DNA of 64,000 nucleotides from an uncultured Eubacteriales bacterium (GTDB lineage Bacteria; Bacillota; Clostridia; Christensenellales; Borkfalkiaceae): NCBI GenBank assembly GCA_905209085.1, contig CAJLRM010000001.1, positions 328,289 to 392,288 of the forward strand, read 5' to 3'. Shown piece by piece: positions 61,937 to 64,000 of this stretch (position 1 is its first letter; each line of letters starts with the position of its first letter). The notes under the pieces were generated by a model. It saw only the letters and a program-made list of their open reading frames with translations, ran no database searches and was not told where the DNA came from. The position numbers and the translations under genes were made by a program.

Positions 61937-63997
61937 TCACGCCTCCTGCCAAGCCAGTACGGGATACCCGTTCCGGCCGTTTTTCCAAACGCCGAGAGAG
62001 CCGTCGAGCTTTTCGGCCAGCGATGCAAACTCGTCCGTTTCCAATGCGCGCGTATCCGTAGCGGCGGGACTGTAACCGAGCGTTCCCATGCCCTCCGCTT
62101 TCGCGGCGTAGCAATTCTCCACGCTTCCGTAGTTCGCGCCGCAAACCGTGCCCGACGCGGACGTTTTGCCCTTTTCGCCCTTTACCTCTCCCGTGGCGTA
62201 TCCGTCGCCGAGGCTTCCGAAATTGCACGCGACGAGCCCGCCCGCGTACACGTTGCCTTTCCCGCCGTCCGCCGACGCGGCGACCGTTCCTATGCTGTAA
62301 GAATCCTTGACCAGCCCGTTGTTTTTTGCGGCGAGCCCGCCCGCCGCGCTTCCCTGGGCGCCCCGGGAGGATACGTCCGCTTCGCTGCGGCAGCGGAGGA
62401 CCTTCCCGCCTTCGTTTACGGCGCAGACGCCGCCCGCGTACGCCGAGGGATTAGAGGAATATACGTCCACGCTTCCCTTCGCGGAGCATTCGGAGATTAC
62501 GCCGCCGTCCAAATAGCCGCAGATCCCGCCCGCGATTCCGCCCTTGGCCTTCACCTCGAATTTCACCTCGGACGAGCAGCCTTCTATCACGGCGGCAACT
62601 CCGTAGCCGGCGATTCCGCCCGCAAAAATCTGCGAGGAGGCCCGCGTTTCCGAGGAATAGGAAATTTCCGTTTTCAGATTTTTGACGCTCCCGTTCAGAT
62701 AGCCGAAAACGCCCGCGTAACCGTTTGCCGCGTCGGGACGGATTCCGTACAGCTTATGCCCTTTTCCGTCCAGACTGCCGCAAAACGGCGCCGTATACGT
62801 CCCCATCGGCTCCCAGCGGCCCAGCTCTATGTCCGCGGTGAGTTCGTACGCCTTGTCGAGGTCCATGGAAACCAATTCCTGCAAAGTGCCGATTTTTATC
62901 GGATTGCCCGCCGTGCCGTAGGAAGCCGCGCGCGCGAAGCTTTTAGGCTGCGCGTATTGCTGATAGGGAAGAAAGCCGTCCTCCACGAGCCAGCCGTTCA
63001 GCTTCCATTCCTTATACCAGGCCGCGGCGTTGAGCTTGGCCGCGGGGAGCGTTTGACAAGGCGCGCGGAGGTGACGTTCCGTTTCCGAGCCCTCCCCCGT
63101 CCGTTGCAGGGAGATATTCTGTCCGTCCCAGCCGTAGCAGGATTCGACCTCATAGTCGAGGAAATTTCTGCCCGTCACGCCGCCGAGAAAAGTGTTCCCG
63201 CCCGTTGTTTCACAGGAAACGTCGGCCGCCGAGAAACAGCGGATTAGCTTTCCGCCGTTGTTGTCCCCCACTACGCCGCCCGCGTACGCGAGATATCGGC
63301 CGCAGGAGGCCTTTACGAGTACGGATACGTCGAAGCTATCGCGGACCGCGCCCGCGTTATAGCCCACGACGCCGCCCGCATACGCCGCTGCGGTTTCGAG
63401 CTGCGAGGAAGCGGACACACTGCCGTAATGGGAACAGGACTCCACGATTCCGTCGATTTCCGCCTCGCCGCCGTTGTAGCCGACGCCGCCGCCCGCGTAG
63501 ACCTCGGCCGCGTTTTGCGCGGAGATCTCCGCATAGGCCGTGCATTTCCTGATTTCGCCTCCCGCGCTTCTGCCCGCGATCCCGCCCGCGTAGACGGAAA
63601 GACGCGAGGAGGACGAGGCCGCGGAGATCTCCGCGTTCACCAAACAGTTTTCGATGACGCCGCCCTTCAAAAAGCCTGCGAGGCCGCCTATATAGACGGT
63701 TTTATCTGCGCTTTGAACGTTGCCGACGAACTCCGCGCGGAGATTTTTGATCGTGCCCGTCACGCACCCAAAGACGGAGGATTGGCCGCAGAGGTTTTTC
63801 AAAGCGAATCCGTTGCCGTCCAGCGTGCCCGCAAAGGGCTTTTCCAGACTGCCGACGGGCGCGATTTCCTTATCCTTGAAGTCTATATCGCATTCCAGAC
63901 GGTAATTCCCGTCCCCCATCGCAAAGAATTCTTCGGCCGTGGATACGGCCCGAGCCTGCGCGTCCCAGCGGGCGTACAGCGTGACGTCCTTCGTCAC
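61937..63997 (-). CDS. Partial. Surface protein with GLUG-motif beta-helical repeats, probably preceded by Listeria-Bacteroides (Flg_new) repeats. The N-terminus lies beyond the window end.
   Basis: There are many repeats of ...YAGGIAGxxxGGxIxxC.. (e.g. YIGGLAGFLKGGVIENC, YAGGVVGYNAGAVRDS). The first residues, ..VTLYARWD, resemble the end of a Flg_new repeat, so the Met at 63997 is probably internal. Confidence 0.5.
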   Translation of the reverse strand: MTKDVTLYARWDAQARAVSTAEEFFAMGDGNYRLECDIDFKDKEIAPVGSLEKPFAGTLDGNGFALKNLCGQSSVFGCVTGTIKNLRAEFVGNVQSADKTVYIGGLAGFLKGGVIENCLVNAEISAASSSSRLSVYAGGIAGRSAGGEIRKCTAYAEISAQNAAEVYAGGGVGYNGGEAEIDGIVESCSHYGSVSASSQLETAAAYAGGVVGYNAGAVRDSFDVSVLVKASCGRYLAYAGGVVGDNNGGKLIRCFSAADVSCETTGGNTFLGGVTGRNFLDYEVESCYGWDGQNISLQRTGEGSETERHLRAPCQTLPAAKLNAAAWYKEWKLNGWLVEDGFLPYQQYAQPKSFARAASYGTAGNPIKIGTLQELVSMDLDKAYELTADIELGRWEPMGTYTAPFCGSLDGKGHKLYGIRPDAANGYAGVFGYLNGSVKNLKTEISYSSETRASSQIFAGGIAGYGVAAVIEGCSSEVKFEVKAKGGIAGGICGYLDGGVISECSAKGSVDVYSSNPSAYAGGVCAVNEGGKVLRCRSEADVSSRGAQGSAAGGLAAKNNGLVKDSYSIGTVAASADGGKGNVYAGGLVACNFGSLGDGYATGEVKGEKGKTSASGTVCGANYGSVENCYAAKAEGMGTLGYSPAATDTRALETDEFASLAEKLDGSLGVWKNGRNGYPVLAWQEA

Positions 63998-64000
63998 CGC

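Noticed and set aside
1-64000. Looked for tRNA, rRNA, integrase, transposase, phage or toxin-antitoxin (TA) genes that might flank the low-GC island.
   Set aside because: None was recognisable. The island edges are a promoter region (10.65 kb) and the rhs 5' end, with no att-like direct repeats.

Overview
This 64-kb window is a high-GC (~58%) chromosomal region from a probable monoderm, Firmicutes-like bacterium. The evidence for that lineage is the many lipoprotein signals with [AG][AG]C lipoboxes and an LplABC-type sugar ABC transporter. Almost everything is coded on the minus strand.

Three blocks are recognisable:

(1) 1-10.6 kb is a glycan-utilisation block: an Ig/LamG lipoprotein, two tandem GH43 paralogs with a CBM, a glycyl-radical enzyme with its radical-SAM activase, and a GH2 enzyme.

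(2) 10.65-27.06 kb is a low-GC island (GC falls to ~33-42%). It holds an ArsR-like regulator and a classical RHS polymorphic-toxin locus. One expressed 2150-aa Rhs gene (20603..27055) carries a C-terminal toxin and an immunity gene. Downstream of it lie five promoter-less, ATG-less 'orphan' C-terminal toxin/immunity cassettes and a bare Rhs-core remnant. The cassettes come in two architectures. In one, the toxin follows the DPxGL autoproteolysis site directly. In the other, it is preceded by a TM helix pair and a Hint (Hedgehog/intein) domain. Near-identical repeats (Rhs core 3' end, TM/Hint module, a 110-bp hairpin element) separate the cassettes.

(3) Immediately upstream of the Rhs gene, and tightly coupled to it, is an unusual operon running 35670->27074 with ATGA stop/start overlaps and <=18-nt gaps all the way into rhs. 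It encodes a cytoplasmic beta-helix protein, a small membrane protein, a dTMP-kinase-like P-loop kinase, a Pol-beta-type nucleotidyltransferase, two paralogous papain-like (BtrH-like) Cys/His enzymes, each next to an acyl-carrier protein, and an AMP-dependent ligase between the two ACPs. It also encodes a 189-aa unknown and a 353-aa paralog of the Rhs N-terminal (DNRLRE-like) region. This cassette plus the signal-peptide-less Rhs is the most likely previously undescribed system in the window.

The rest (36-64 kb) is carbohydrate metabolism:
- RpiB/LacAB-type isomerase, a sialate-O-acetylesterase-like SGNH protein, and (alpha/alpha)6 and TIM-barrel hydrolase-like proteins.
- A ROK regulator.
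- An Lpl-type ABC transporter whose two permease genes are split by a 938-aa multi-LamG surface protein.
- Paralogous lipoproteins and an SGNH esterase interrupted by a frameshift.
- A GH13-like protein with three discoidin domains and a partial GLUG-repeat surface protein.

No rRNA, tRNA, CRISPR, transposase or integrase was recognised.
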